Below, piece by piece: positions 29,148 to 39,467 of a stretch of 47,299 nucleotides of DNA (positions are counted from its first letter, which is position 1; every line of letters begins with the position of its first letter). Position numbers and translations under genes: made by a program. The notes beneath the pieces were generated by a model that saw only the letters and a list, made by a program, of their open reading frames with translations, was not told where the DNA came from and did not search any database. This stretch comes from Micropepsales bacterium (GTDB taxonomy: Bacteria; Pseudomonadota; Alphaproteobacteria; Micropepsales; Micropepsaceae): positions 1 to 47,299 of the forward strand of contig JBBQBL010000001.1 of NCBI GenBank assembly GCA_038317805.1, written 5' to 3'.

Positions 29148-31685
29148 ATGACGCATCGGGATTTTGACATTCGCAACCTTCGTCCCGTTGCCGCGACCGC
29201 CACCAAAGTGTCTGCCTTGATGCTGGGTGTCGCCGGCGCCGCCATGCTAATGGTATCGACGGCGGTAGAAGCACAGACCGCTCCCGGTATCTCACCGGCC
29301 ATGTCCGCTGCGGCAAAATCGCAATCGCAATCCGTCGCCGCCTTCGCGCCCAGTCCGGAAGTATTTGCCAAGCTGAAAACGCCGGCCGGACGCACCGAAT
29401 TCGTCCAGACATTCTGTGTCGGCTGCCATAATGCGCGCGCGAAGACGGCGGGACTGGTTCTGGAAGGTGTCGCAACCGATCAGTTGCCGGAGCATGCCGT
29501 AATTTGGGAGAAGGTGATCAAGCGGCTTGGCGCCGGCGAGATGCCGCCGCGCAACGCGGCGAGGCGTCCGGATATGACGGTCGCCAAAGCGATGGTCGCC
29601 GAACTGATCCAGGGCCTGGACCAGGTTGCCGCCAAGAATCCCCATGTGGGTCATACAGTCATCCGCCGCCTGAACCGGTTGGAATATGGCAATGCGGTTC
29701 GCGACCTGCTGGATGTGGACTTCCCCTACACTGCGGAACTACCGCAGGATGGCGGCGCCGAGGGCTTTGACAATATCGCCGACGCGCTTTCGATTTCGCC
29801 CGTCCTGTTGGATAGCTATCTCAAGGTGGCGCGCAAGGTGGGCAACCTGGCGCTGGGCCAGGCCGATCCCAGCCCCATCACCGAGCAGTTCTTCGCCACC
29901 AAGTCCCAGGCCACCTGGCAGGAAGGCATGCCGTTCGGCACCCGCGGCGGCGTGCTGGTCAAGAAATACTTCCCGCGTGATGGCGAATACGACCTGCGGG
30001 CCTTCTTGCTCCCGGCGAACCTGTCGCCTCTGGAAGGCGTGCGCTTCTTCCATGCGCGCGCGCCGGTGAAGACCGGTCAGCACACGTTCATTGTCACGTT
30101 CCCGCAGGCGCGTTCGCAGGCCGAAGGCCCGGTGCCCGACCTGGCTGGCCTGGGCGGGGCATCCGGCGGCGGCCCGCTCGATGCCACGGGCTCGGCGGTG
30201 CACCCCAAGATCCTGTTCATGCTGGACGGCAAGGTCTTCAGGCAGTTCGATGTCGGGGCGCCGTCAGCCAGCGAGGCCGCACTGGGCGCCACCGCCGGCC
30301 CGCCCGTCCTGGGACGTGCCGAGGTTACCGGACCTTATAATGTAGGACCGCCGGCCAACACGCCCAGCCGCCGCCATGTCCTGGTCTGCATGCCCAAAAC
30401 GGCGGCGCAGGAAGGGCCGTGCGCCAAGCGCATCCTGTCCACCCTGCTGCGCCGCGCCTGGCGCCGCGATGTCAGCGCCAAGGAAGTCCAGCCGTTCACG
30501 GCAGCCTTCAGAAAAAGCCGCGCCGGCGGGGACGATTTCCCGTCCGCAATCGCGGTGGCGCTGCGCAATATCCTGGTGTCGCCGGCATTCCTGTTCCGGC
30601 TGGAGTTCGATCCCGCCGGCGCAAAGCCGGGCCAGACGTATGCCGTGAATGATTTTGAGCTGGCTGCACGGCTGTCCTTCTTCCTGTGGAGTTCTCCGCC
30701 CGACGACGCACTGCTGAACGCTGCGTCTCGCAAACAGCTGCGTAACCGGGCCGCTTTCGACGGCCAGGTGAAGCGCATGTTGGCGGACCGCAGATCAAAC
30801 GCCCTAATTGATAACTTCGCCGGCCAATGGCTGGGCATCCGCAACAGCGATCACGACCTGGAAGGCTTTACCCCCGATGCCACAGCCTATGGCGGCTATG
30901 ACAAGGCTCTGGGCGATGCCTTCGTCACCGAGGCGCGGCTGTTCCTACAGTCCGTTATGCGGGAGAACCGCAGCGTTATGGATGTGCTGACCGCCAACTA
31001 TTCCTTCCTCAATGAAAGGCTGGCGGAAAATTACGGTATCGACGGCGTCAAGGGGCCCGGCTTTCGCCGCGTGACCTTCCCCGCCGATTCCCCGCGCGGC
31101 GGCATCCTGGGGATGGGCGCGTTCCTGATGCCCAATTCCCATCCAGGCACCACCTCGCCGGTCTATCGGGGCAAGTGGATACTGACCTATCTGATGAATT
31201 CGCCGCCCAGCCCGCCGCCGCCGGGGGTGCCGCCGCTGAGTGCGGCGCCGGTCAACGGCAAGGTGTTGACCATTCGCGAACAGATGGAGCGTCACCGTGC
31301 CAACGCCATCTGCGCCACCTGTCATTCCCGGATGGATCCCTATGGCTTCAGTCTGGAGAATTTCGACGTAATGGGACGCTGGCGCGACGCCGATGCCGGC
31401 GGTCCGATAAATGCCCGTGCCGACCTTGTCAGCGGGCTTAACTTCACCGGCCCGGCCGGCCTGAAGCAGAACATGGCGACCAATCCCGATGTGTTCGTGG
31501 GTGCCACCGTCTCACGCATGCTGACCTATGCGCTGGGCCGGCCCCTCGAGGCCAGGGATCAGCCGACGGTGCGCCAGATCGTGGCCCAAACCAAGGCTGG
31601 AAATTACCGTTTCGGTGATATCATTTTGGCTGTCGTTCATTCCGCGCCGTTCCAGAAGAAACAGGTTGAAAAGGGGCAGTCATGA
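29148..31685 (+). CDS. exported di-haem c protein of the DUF1592/1587/1595/1588/1585 (planctomycete PSD/PSCyt) architecture, copy 1
   Basis: Signal peptide ending AVEA-Q; CVGCH...GEMPP; RRLNRLEY.N..RDLL; GFDNIA; FELAARLSFFLWSSPPD; NFAGQWL; RGGILG; TSPVYRGKWIL; CATCH..MDPYGF.LENFD; LTYALGR. Start uncertain (29073-29148). Confidence 0.9.
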   Translation: MTHRDFDIRNLRPVAATATKVSALMLGVAGAAMLMVSTAVEAQTAPGISPAMSAAAKSQSQSVAAFAPSPEVFAKLKTPAGRTEFVQTFCVGCHNARAKTAGLVLEGVATDQLPEHAVIWEKVIKRLGAGEMPPRNAARRPDMTVAKAMVAELIQGLDQVAAKNPHVGHTVIRRLNRLEYGNAVRDLLDVDFPYTAELPQDGGAEGFDNIADALSISPVLLDSYLKVARKVGNLALGQADPSPITEQFFATKSQATWQEGMPFGTRGGVLVKKYFPRDGEYDLRAFLLPANLSPLEGVRFFHARAPVKTGQHTFIVTFPQARSQAEGPVPDLAGLGGASGGGPLDATGSAVHPKILFMLDGKVFRQFDVGAPSASEAALGATAGPPVLGRAEVTGPYNVGPPANTPSRRHVLVCMPKTAAQEGPCAKRILSTLLRRAWRRDVSAKEVQPFTAAFRKSRAGGDDFPSAIAVALRNILVSPAFLFRLEFDPAGAKPGQTYAVNDFELAARLSFFLWSSPPDDALLNAASRKQLRNRAAFDGQVKRMLADRRSNALIDNFAGQWLGIRNSDHDLEGFTPDATAYGGYDKALGDAFVTEARLFLQSVMRENRSVMDVLTANYSFLNERLAENYGIDGVKGPGFRRVTFPADSPRGGILGMGAFLMPNSHPGTTSPVYRGKWILTYLMNSPPSPPPPGVPPLSAAPVNGKVLTIREQMERHRANAICATCHSRMDPYGFSLENFDVMGRWRDADAGGPINARADLVSGLNFTGPAGLKQNMATNPDVFVGATVSRMLTYALGRPLEARDQPTVRQIVAQTKAGNYRFGDIILAVVHSAPFQKKQVEKGQS

Positions 31686-33382
31686 CCCGCACACGCACGA
31701 TGCTTTTGGCCACCACGGTTCTCAGCCTGCTGGCGGCGGGCGCCGCCCAGGCACAGAAATCGTCAGGCGATGCGCTCCTGACGGCCGCGCAGAACGGCTT
31801 TGACGCCGATGCGATAACGCTCATCAAGCAGGGCGCACCCGTCAATGCGGTGGACGCCACCGGCGAAACTGCATTGGCCTGGGCAGTGATGAATGGCGAT
31901 AGCGACCTTGCCGCGGCGCTGCTGAATGCGCGTGCCAATCCCAACATCGCCGATGCCAGCGGCGTCACCCCGTTGATGGTGGCGATCCAGAACAGCCAGC
32001 CGCAGATGGTGAATCTGCTGCTGGACAAGGGCGCCAATGCCAGCGTCGCCCGCATGACAGGCGAAACCGCGCTGATGCTGGCGGTGCGGGTCGGCTCGGC
32101 CGACATCGTGTCGGCCCTTCTGGATCACAAGGCCGACGTCAATGCGCGGGAGTCGCAGTTTGGCCAGACGGCTCTGATGTGGGCGGCGGGACAGCCGGAG
32201 GTCGCCAAGCTGCTTTTGGCGCACGGTGCCGACGTCAAGCCGGTGACCAAGAGCTGGACGGTGAATGTCGTGAACTATACCCCCACCACAGCCACCGTGG
32301 GCGTGACCGGCATTCCGTGGAACAATGACGGCACCTATCCCACCAAGGCGGGCGGGCTGACCGCGCTGATCTTCGCGGCCCAGCATGACGATCTGCAAAC
32401 CGCCAGGATGCTGCTGGATGCCGGCGCCGACGTGAACCAGGCCGCCGCCGACGGCACCACGCCGCTGCTGGCGGCGCTGTATCATTGGCGCTCAGGCGAT
32501 GATGTCATGGACTTCGAAGCCCGGACCCCCGATACCAAGAACGCCGAAGCCAGGACCAGGACGCGCCGTCCGGGGTTGCGTTTTGTTTCCGACTACAAGA
32601 TGGCCAATCTGCTGCTGGACCGCGGCGCCAGGGCCAAGGCGGTGGATGGCGCCGGCTACACCCCGCTGCACGGCGCGCTTATCGGCATGCAGCCTGCCCC
32701 CGTCGCCGGCCGCTTCATTGCGCCGTCCAAGGTGACCCAGAAGCCTGCCAATCCCGAAGGCGTTGCCGTCGTCAAAAGGCTGCTGGAACTCGGCGCCGAT
32801 CCCAACGCGGCCACCCTCTATCCGACAGGCGGCCCTGTGACCCAGGTGCGCGTCAATCCGGCGCCGCCCGGCTCGAGCCCGATGCATATTGCGGCGCAGT
32901 CAACCGAAACCGCGGCGCTGGAACTTCTCATCGCCCATGGTGGCGACGTCAATCGCCTGCGCAAGGACGGCCACACCCCTTTCTCAGTCGCGGCCAAGTC
33001 CAACAGCCTGCCGGCGCTGAAGGTCATGGTGGCGCACGGCGCCGATGTGAAGATGATCTACAATCCCGGCGACAAGCTGGCCGACACGGTGGAAGCCAGG
33101 GCCGAAGAACGCAAGAACGAAACTGTCCTGCATATCGCCGGTGCTGCCGGCGCCACCGACGTGATCGAATACCTGGTTGCCCAGGGCGTTCCCACCAATG
33201 TGGTGAACGATCATGGCGAGACCGCGCTGCAGACGGCCGACAACCAGGAAGTGGTGCGCTGGAAGCTGACAAGGGAAGGCGCGGTCGGCAAGGATGGCGA
33301 CCTCAATGCGAAGCGGCTGACCGAAACCACCGACGCCTTCAAGAAAGCCCTGGGCATCAAGGCAAAAGTCGCCAGCAACTAG
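31682..33382 (+). CDS. exported ankyrin-repeat protein, copy 1
   Basis: Signal peptide; many G.T(A/P)L..A ankyrin repeats; ATGA overlap with the upstream gene. Confidence 0.92.
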   Translation: MTRTRTMLLATTVLSLLAAGAAQAQKSSGDALLTAAQNGFDADAITLIKQGAPVNAVDATGETALAWAVMNGDSDLAAALLNARANPNIADASGVTPLMVAIQNSQPQMVNLLLDKGANASVARMTGETALMLAVRVGSADIVSALLDHKADVNARESQFGQTALMWAAGQPEVAKLLLAHGADVKPVTKSWTVNVVNYTPTTATVGVTGIPWNNDGTYPTKAGGLTALIFAAQHDDLQTARMLLDAGADVNQAAADGTTPLLAALYHWRSGDDVMDFEARTPDTKNAEARTRTRRPGLRFVSDYKMANLLLDRGARAKAVDGAGYTPLHGALIGMQPAPVAGRFIAPSKVTQKPANPEGVAVVKRLLELGADPNAATLYPTGGPVTQVRVNPAPPGSSPMHIAAQSTETAALELLIAHGGDVNRLRKDGHTPFSVAAKSNSLPALKVMVAHGADVKMIYNPGDKLADTVEARAEERKNETVLHIAGAAGATDVIEYLVAQGVPTNVVNDHGETALQTADNQEVVRWKLTREGAVGKDGDLNAKRLTETTDAFKKALGIKAKVASN

Positions 33383-33410
33383 GCTGGCCCGCAATCACGG
33401 AGTGTTTGCC

Positions 33411-34721
33411 ATGCATTATGTATCGCAGAAGTTTCTGTCCCGCCGCGCCCTGCTGCGGGGGGGCGGCGCGGCGACGATCGCGCTGCCGTTCCTGGATGCC
33501 ATGCATCCGGCCTTCGGGCAGGAACGGCTGACGGCGGCGGCGCCGGTGCGCCGGCTGGGCGTCTGCTATTTCCCGCACGGCGCCACCGACCGCTGGCTGC
33601 CGACCGGCGAAGACGCGACCTTCACCCTGGCCGAAGGCATGGCGCCGCTGGAACGCCACAAGCAGAAGCTGCTGGTGGTCGGCGGCCTGTGTTCGTCGGT
33701 TGACCACAGCAAGCCCGATTTTCACGACCGCGCTGTCGCCGGCTGGCTGACCGGCGTCGAGCTGACTCAGGGCAAGGTCGAAGTCGGCATCTCGATGGAC
33801 CAGATTGCGGCGGCGCATTTTGGCAAGGAAACCCAGTTCGCCTCGCTGGAAATGTCCACCGAACAGCCGACCAACTCCAACAGCACCATGTTCTATCGCG
33901 ATGCCCATACAATATTGCCGGTCGAGAACAACCCGCGCCTGGTGTTCGAGCGGCTGTTCGGCGATGGCGGCAAGATCGATCCGGCCGCCGCCGCCAAGCG
34001 CGATGCCCAGGACAGCAGCACGCTGGACGGCGTGGTGCAGCAGATCAACGCCCTGAAGGGCCGCCTGGGCCTATCCGACCGCCAGAAGCTGGACCAGTAT
34101 CTCACCTCGCTGCGCGATGTGGAGCGCCGCATCCAGGTGGCCGAAAGCAAGAAGATGCCCGAGTTGCCGGAGGTCAACCGTCCGGCCGGCATTCCCGACA
34201 AGTGGAGCGATCACGTCAAGCTGATGTTCGACCTGCAGGCGCTGGCCTTCCAGGCGGACCTGACGCGGGTGAACAACTTCATGTTCAACGGCGAATCTTC
34301 GCTGCTCACCTTCCCGGAAATCGGCGTCGGCCTGCAGCACCACGAAGCCTCGCACCACAATTACGAGAAGGAAAAGCTGGACGCGCTGCACAAGATCAAC
34401 ATGCTGCAGTCCGAGCTGCTGGCATATTACCTGGACAAGCTGGAGGCCATCAAGGAGCCCAGCGGCTCGATGCTGGACAATTCCATCATCATGTTCGGCA
34501 GCACGCTGTCCAACCCCACGGTCCACAGCCAGCGCAACCTGCCGATCGTGCTGTGCGGCGGTTCCGGTGACCGCCTGGCGACAGGCCGCATGATCACCGC
34601 GTCCGGGGTGGATACCCCCATCGCCAACATGCACCTGACCATCCTGGACAAGCTGGGCATCCCCACCGAAAAGCTGGGCAACAGCACGGTGAATCTTAAG
34701 CTCGATCGTCTGTCGGTTTAA
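33411..34721 (+). CDS. DUF1552 (HXXSHH) protein with twin-arginine signal, copy 1
   Basis: SRRALLRG..A.IALPFLDAM; SMDQIAA; NPRLVFERLFG; D..KLDQYL.S.R.VERRI; DLTRV; HHEASHH. Confidence 0.9.
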   Translation: MHYVSQKFLSRRALLRGGGAATIALPFLDAMHPAFGQERLTAAAPVRRLGVCYFPHGATDRWLPTGEDATFTLAEGMAPLERHKQKLLVVGGLCSSVDHSKPDFHDRAVAGWLTGVELTQGKVEVGISMDQIAAAHFGKETQFASLEMSTEQPTNSNSTMFYRDAHTILPVENNPRLVFERLFGDGGKIDPAAAAKRDAQDSSTLDGVVQQINALKGRLGLSDRQKLDQYLTSLRDVERRIQVAESKKMPELPEVNRPAGIPDKWSDHVKLMFDLQALAFQADLTRVNNFMFNGESSLLTFPEIGVGLQHHEASHHNYEKEKLDALHKINMLQSELLAYYLDKLEAIKEPSGSMLDNSIIMFGSTLSNPTVHSQRNLPIVLCGGSGDRLATGRMITASGVDTPIANMHLTILDKLGIPTEKLGNSTVNLKLDRLSV

Positions 34722-34936
34722 AACTTCCCCAAGAAAAAATTTAAAGGGCAATACTTAAATCTGGCCCTTCCGTTCAGCCTCTCCGCGGGCGAAGCGTCGA
34801 ACATGGAAGCGCGACGGACGTGGGTTGAGCCTGATCTCCTCTCAACATGTGCAAGCACCCGAATCTCCAAATTTGCCAGCGGGGATGCGGCTTGATACGA
34901 GCGATCTGAACGGAAGAGGGTGGACGGCTTTCTTTC

Positions 34937-35067
34937 AAAACACGCAGTTCACCTGGGTGTTTTCTGCGGCCCGTTGGCCCCCCCCTAAACGCGCCCCCCA
35001 GTCTCCCCCTGGAGAGCTGGCTATAGATTCTTGCCCCGCCGGCTACTGGGAGGCGGCGGGGCCTTTT
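34937..35067 (+). other. three-hairpin intergenic element ending in a terminator-like stem
   Basis: AAAACACGCAG/CTGGGTGTTTT stem, C-rich linker and CCAGTCTC/GAGAGCTGG stem, then GCCCCGCCG/CGGCGGGGC followed by CTTTT. Confidence 0.4.
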
Positions 35068-35260
35068 CGCCCCGCACGCCCTTCTTTTGCCAGATCGAGG
35101 CGCGCTGGGATTTCTGCGTAAGCCGGAGCGCCTTGGGGTAGCAGATCGCCGAACGCAGCCAAGCGCTGTCCTTCAGTGCTCTTCGTGCAGTGCAGCACGG
35201 GCCGATTAAATCGCGATGTGCGCGCCGAAAAAACAGGCCCGGCTGCGTGGGATGTTCGCG

Positions 35261-35277
35261 CTTTCACATATTGAGAG
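35261..35277. promoter_or_regulatory. candidate operator 3 (CTTTCAC-ATA-TTGAGAG)
   Basis: 13/14 match to consensus; 106 bp upstream of the receptor ATG and just upstream of a -35-like box. Confidence 0.55.
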
Positions 35278-35295
35278 AGCGCGTTTCCGCTTTCG

Positions 35296-35325
35296 TTGAC
35301 TTTGTCCAGAGGCGGGCGCTATTAG
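35296..35325 (+). promoter_or_regulatory. putative sigma70 promoter of the TonB-dependent receptor
   Basis: TTGACT, 17-18 bp spacer, GCTATT-type alphaproteobacterial -10. Confidence 0.4.
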
Positions 35326-35383
35326 GGAAGATGGGGATAGAGCGAGCATCCGAAGTGGTGCCAACTTGTGAGGGGGACGTTCG

Positions 35384-38281
35384 ATGAATACTCAGGTGAA
35401 ATCGCGGCCGCGTGTTTCCGGCATTCTAATGCGCAGCGCTTCCATCGGTGTGTTGGCGCTGGCCTTCGCAACGGGGGCCTATGCGCAAAAGCTTGCAGCA
35501 GCGGACAATGTGGAGGCCGTCACGGTCACCGGCACCCTGATCAAGGGCATCAACCCCGTGGGTACGTCCTCGATCACCGTCAACGCCGGCGATATTGAGG
35601 CTACCGGCCAGATCACGATGGACCGCATTCTGGAAACGATCCCGCAGGTGTCCAACATCTTCAACACCGTGCCCGTCTCCGGCACCAACGATGTGGGCAC
35701 CAGCCGCGGCGTCGTCCCCCGTATTCGCAATCTGAATGTCAGCGGCGGCGCCAGTATCACCCTGCTCCTCGTCAACGGCCACAACATGGTCGGCGCCGGC
35801 AGCTTGAACACCACGTCGGACATGTCTGAAATCCCCTCGATGGTTATCCAGCGTGTCGATGTGGTGGCCGATGGCGGCTCCTCGCTCTATGGCTCTGACG
35901 CGGTCACAGGCACCATCAACGTCATTACCCGCAAGCGCTTTGAGGGCTTCCAGACCCAGGGCTCCTTCGGTTACGCCGAGGGCGGCTATACCCAATACAA
36001 TCTCGGCGCCATGGCCGGTCATGACTGGGGTTCCGGCGGCGCGTACCTAGCTTACCAGTACACTTATAACGGCTACCAGATGTCCTCGGGCCGACCCTAT
36101 TTCAGCGACTACCTGGTCGGCTTGGGCGGCACCCTCGACAACCGCACTGCGCCCTGCGCTCTGGCCAACGTGACGGCCAGCGGCGTGGGTTACAAGCTGA
36201 ACTCCAACACTGTTGCCAACACGCCGGGCGCACTCGCTGCCGCGGCTTCTGTCGGCAAGAATGTCTGCGATACCTATGGCGGCCGAACCCCGGGTTCGGT
36301 CGGCAACATCCAAGGCCGTTCGATTATTCCGACCGAACAGCAGAACACCCTGTGGTTCAGCATGTTCCAGCACATCGCACCGGGTGTCGAATTCTCCATG
36401 ACGGCGAACGCGGCCTTCCACAACGCCCGCGCGCTCCTGCCGCCCCGCACGACCACCAATGCCGTCATCAAGAGCAACAATCCCTTCTTCCAGTCGATCA
36501 ATGGGGAGACGCAGCAGACCGTGTCCTTCGACTATTCGCCGGTCTTCGGGCCCTACAACATGGGCCCGCAGTTCGAGAACCAGTGGGAAATCGTGCCCCA
36601 GCTGGACATTGACCTCGGCAGTGGCGGTCCGTTCAAGGAGTGGAGCCTCAACATTCTGGGCAATTATGGCCGCAGCGACGTTGATACCATTAACTACAAC
36701 GTCAACAACGCTTCGGTGAATGCCGCCCTGGCGAGCAGCGATCCGGCATTTGCGCTCAATCCCTATAACCTAGGGCTGAGCAGCCAGCAGTCCCTGGCCT
36801 CAATCCAGTCCTATGGCCAGAATGGCCGCGGCATCCAGAACATCTTCCAGCTGCGCGCCCTGACGCAGGGCGCGCTGTTCTCGGTGCCGGGCGGTGATAT
36901 CCACTGGGCGCTTGGCGCCCAGTTTGAAAAGTACCAGTCGGCCGGCGACTATTTCAACGGCAATGCCAACGGCACCATCTTCCCGGTCGGTGTCACTCCC
37001 GGAGGCGGCTATCGCTCCCGGCTGTCCGGCCACCGCATTACCAAGTCGGTGTTCGCGGAAGTCGAAGTGCCGTTCGTCAGCCCGGAAAACAACATCCAGT
37101 TCGTCAATGCCTTTGACGTGGACGTTTCGGCCCGCCACGACGATCTGAGCTCCTCCGGCGGCGGCTTCAAGGGTGCGACCGACAACTATCGCGTCGGCGT
37201 CACCTATTCGCCGATCGAAGGCCTCAACATCCGCGGCAATTCGGGCACCTCCTTCAACGCGCCCAGCCTGGATGACACTGTGGTGGCGATTGATACCCGC
37301 GTGGCCTTTGGCGGCAGCGCCCCGGTGAATCCCTTTGATAGCGCCGCGAACCAGGCGCTGGAGCGGGCTCGCCCGTCCATCGCGATGCCCGGTGGCAACC
37401 CCAACCTGGTGCCGCAAAACTCCTCCACCAGCTCGTATGGCTTCGACTATCACCCGAGTTTCATCGAAGGGTTGGGCCTGAGCCTGTCGCGCTGGTATGT
37501 CATCCTGCAAAACACCATCGCTCTGCCGGGTAACCAGGCTGCATCTATCGTGTACGCACCCGGCGGCAGCAATGCCGCCACCGGCGGAGTTGGCGTGGCG
37601 CCGGCCATCCAGCCCTACATCATTCTCAACCCGACGCTGGCGCAGCTTCAGGCTGCAACCACGGTTAATGGTGTTCCGGTGCCGACCGCTGGCTTCTCCG
37701 GTGGCTATGCCCAGTTCTACAATCCCAATGGAGCGGCCTGTCCCGTCGTCAATGCGGCGATCGGCTGTTTCATCACCACGCCTTTTTCGTTCCGCGACCT
37801 TCGCCGCTTCAATTACGGTAAGCTGCGGGCGCGGGGCTGGGATTTCGGCATCACTTACAACCCCACCTTCGACTGGGGCGCGCTCAGTTTCGGTGTGAAT
37901 GGCACCGATTATACCTGGAACCGGAATTACACCTCGATCACCACCGATAACTTGGCGGCCAACTTCTCGCCCTATCAGTTCACCGCCTATGCCGGTGTCA
38001 CGATCGGGCCGGTGTCGGCGCGCCTTACGCTCCAGGACAGTGCCGGCTATACCGCCACCGGCCTGGGCACACAGACCAGGGTCGGTGACTTTGCGCCGGT
38101 AAACCTGAATGTGGGTTATGAGCTGGACGGTCTGTTCACCTGGACCAACAATGCCAAGGTCGGCATCACCGTCAACAATATTGCCAACACCAACCCGCCC
38201 TTTGCCAATTCCGGCAGCGGCACGGCGAACGGCTCCACCCTGGGCCGGATGTTCATCTTCGACCTGCGCAAGACATTCTAG
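35384..38281 (+). CDS. TonB-dependent receptor
   Basis: Signal peptide, TonB box VEAVTVTG, plug motifs LLLVNGH and IQRVDVVADGGSSLYGSDAVTGTINVIT, C-terminal FDLRKTF. Confidence 0.95.
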   Translation: MNTQVKSRPRVSGILMRSASIGVLALAFATGAYAQKLAAADNVEAVTVTGTLIKGINPVGTSSITVNAGDIEATGQITMDRILETIPQVSNIFNTVPVSGTNDVGTSRGVVPRIRNLNVSGGASITLLLVNGHNMVGAGSLNTTSDMSEIPSMVIQRVDVVADGGSSLYGSDAVTGTINVITRKRFEGFQTQGSFGYAEGGYTQYNLGAMAGHDWGSGGAYLAYQYTYNGYQMSSGRPYFSDYLVGLGGTLDNRTAPCALANVTASGVGYKLNSNTVANTPGALAAAASVGKNVCDTYGGRTPGSVGNIQGRSIIPTEQQNTLWFSMFQHIAPGVEFSMTANAAFHNARALLPPRTTTNAVIKSNNPFFQSINGETQQTVSFDYSPVFGPYNMGPQFENQWEIVPQLDIDLGSGGPFKEWSLNILGNYGRSDVDTINYNVNNASVNAALASSDPAFALNPYNLGLSSQQSLASIQSYGQNGRGIQNIFQLRALTQGALFSVPGGDIHWALGAQFEKYQSAGDYFNGNANGTIFPVGVTPGGGYRSRLSGHRITKSVFAEVEVPFVSPENNIQFVNAFDVDVSARHDDLSSSGGGFKGATDNYRVGVTYSPIEGLNIRGNSGTSFNAPSLDDTVVAIDTRVAFGGSAPVNPFDSAANQALERARPSIAMPGGNPNLVPQNSSTSSYGFDYHPSFIEGLGLSLSRWYVILQNTIALPGNQAASIVYAPGGSNAATGGVGVAPAIQPYIILNPTLAQLQAATTVNGVPVPTAGFSGGYAQFYNPNGAACPVVNAAIGCFITTPFSFRDLRRFNYGKLRARGWDFGITYNPTFDWGALSFGVNGTDYTWNRNYTSITTDNLAANFSPYQFTAYAGVTIGPVSARLTLQDSAGYTATGLGTQTRVGDFAPVNLNVGYELDGLFTWTNNAKVGITVNNIANTNPPFANSGSGTANGSTLGRMFIFDLRKTF

Positions 38282-38290
38282 GCCGATACC

Positions 38291-38330
38291 AAAAGCCCCG
38301 TCCCAAAAGGACGGGGCTTTTTGCTTTTTT
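38291..38330. terminator. bidirectional intrinsic terminator
   Basis: AAAAGCCCCGTCC-CAAAA-GGACGGGGCTTTT plus T tract, between convergent genes. Confidence 0.9.
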
Positions 38331-38347
38331 AGTGTCAGGAATTTCCC

Positions 38348-38968
38348 CTAGAGAACCAGTTCCGAGACGGTGTGATAGTCGCCCAGCTTGCCCTTGATGA
38401 AGGTGTTGAAGGCGATGGCATAGCGCGTCTGGCCGGTTACATTCGGATCGACGGTATGGGTCAGGCGCGAAGAAAAAAGGAAGACTTCGCTCCGCACCGG
38501 CGTTACCGAGGTAATGGGCGTGTTATAGACGTTGCGCCTGTCGGCCGGCGGTCTCAGGTCAATTTGCTCATAGCTAGTCTGGCGCACGAAGGTCATTGCC
38601 GCCGCCGGTTCCGGCATTTCGCAATAGTACAGCGACCCGGAAATGATCGAGTTGGAATGGGCGTGGCCATGCATGCCGACCCTGGTTTTGTTGATCAGAG
38701 ACCAGGATTGCGTCACATACAGCCTCTGGGGAATGCACATCACTTCCCGCGCATAGATGTCCAGGACCTCCTGAATCGCGTCCTTGATGCTCTTCAGCTG
38801 CGGCTCCTCGAAGATGTACTTGTTCTCCGAGATCAGGTTCTCGATATTGTCTCGCATCTTTAGATTTTTGATGAAGTCAATCTGCTCGGCGCTGATGGCG
38901 TCTGTTATGCTGGCCCGAAACAGTGGCTCCGCGAACAAGGCAGTGACCTGATGAGACGTGGATGCCAT
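38348..38968 (-). CDS. putative 2OG-Fe(II) oxygenase (TIGR02466-like)
   Basis: QSW..IN, HAHSNSIISGSLY, LFSSRLTHTV, RYAIAFNTF. Confidence 0.85.
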   Translation of the reverse strand: MASTSHQVTALFAEPLFRASITDAISAEQIDFIKNLKMRDNIENLISENKYIFEEPQLKSIKDAIQEVLDIYAREVMCIPQRLYVTQSWSLINKTRVGMHGHAHSNSIISGSLYYCEMPEPAAAMTFVRQTSYEQIDLRPPADRRNVYNTPITSVTPVRSEVFLFSSRLTHTVDPNVTGQTRYAIAFNTFIKGKLGDYHTVSELVL

Positions 38969-39113
38969 TCCTATTTCCTTTTCTTTGTCCCGAAAATCGG
39001 GGCCATCTTAATATCAGCGCGCCGGACGATGACACCCGGCCAGCTCACGCAGCATGATATAATATCAAGGGGCGGAGCCAATAGGCGTGCACGCTATTCG
39101 TGACGACAGCGTG

Positions 39114-39275
39114 CCGGCCGTCGAACCGTCCGCCATCCGCAAGGTTGCTCTGCGGCTTGTGCCGTTCGTGGCCTCCGTGTTCGTCATCAATTTTCTGGAC
39201 CAAACCGCTATTTCCTTCGCGGGCCCCAATGGCCTGACCCGCGATCTTTCCATGACGGCGGCGCAGTTCGGCCTG
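39114..39275 (+). pseudogene. 5' remnant of an ACS-family MFS transporter
   Basis: AIRKVALRLVPFVASVFVINFLDQTAISFAGPNGLTRDLSMTAAQFGL equals TM1 and loop of TtuB/HpaX-like carriers; similarity ends abruptly. Confidence 0.75.
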
Positions 39276-39467
39276 TATCAAGTTGAGTCGGGGTATCGTT
39301 TCGCTACTCCCCTGCCGGCAGGCTGGGACGGTCAGCGCGAATGCGCCGCTATTGCTGCGGCGCAAAATGGAGGGTTGAAATCCGCTGGACGGGGCGGTGA
39401 TGAAATGACCTACTATCGGGAAGACGAAAAGACTCGAAAGCAAGGCCGGAGAATCGTGCGGGGAACC

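Noticed and set aside
31682-33382. Ankyrin proteins as host-directed effectors
   Set aside because: They have Sec-type signal peptides, are embedded in the DUF operons, and no secretion-system genes are in the window.
34722-35383. Cobalamin or TPP riboswitch upstream of the TonB receptor
   Set aside because: No B12-box (GCCACTG, CCCGCAACTGT) or TPP core (CTGAGA, ACCTGAT...GCGNAGG) arrangement recognised.
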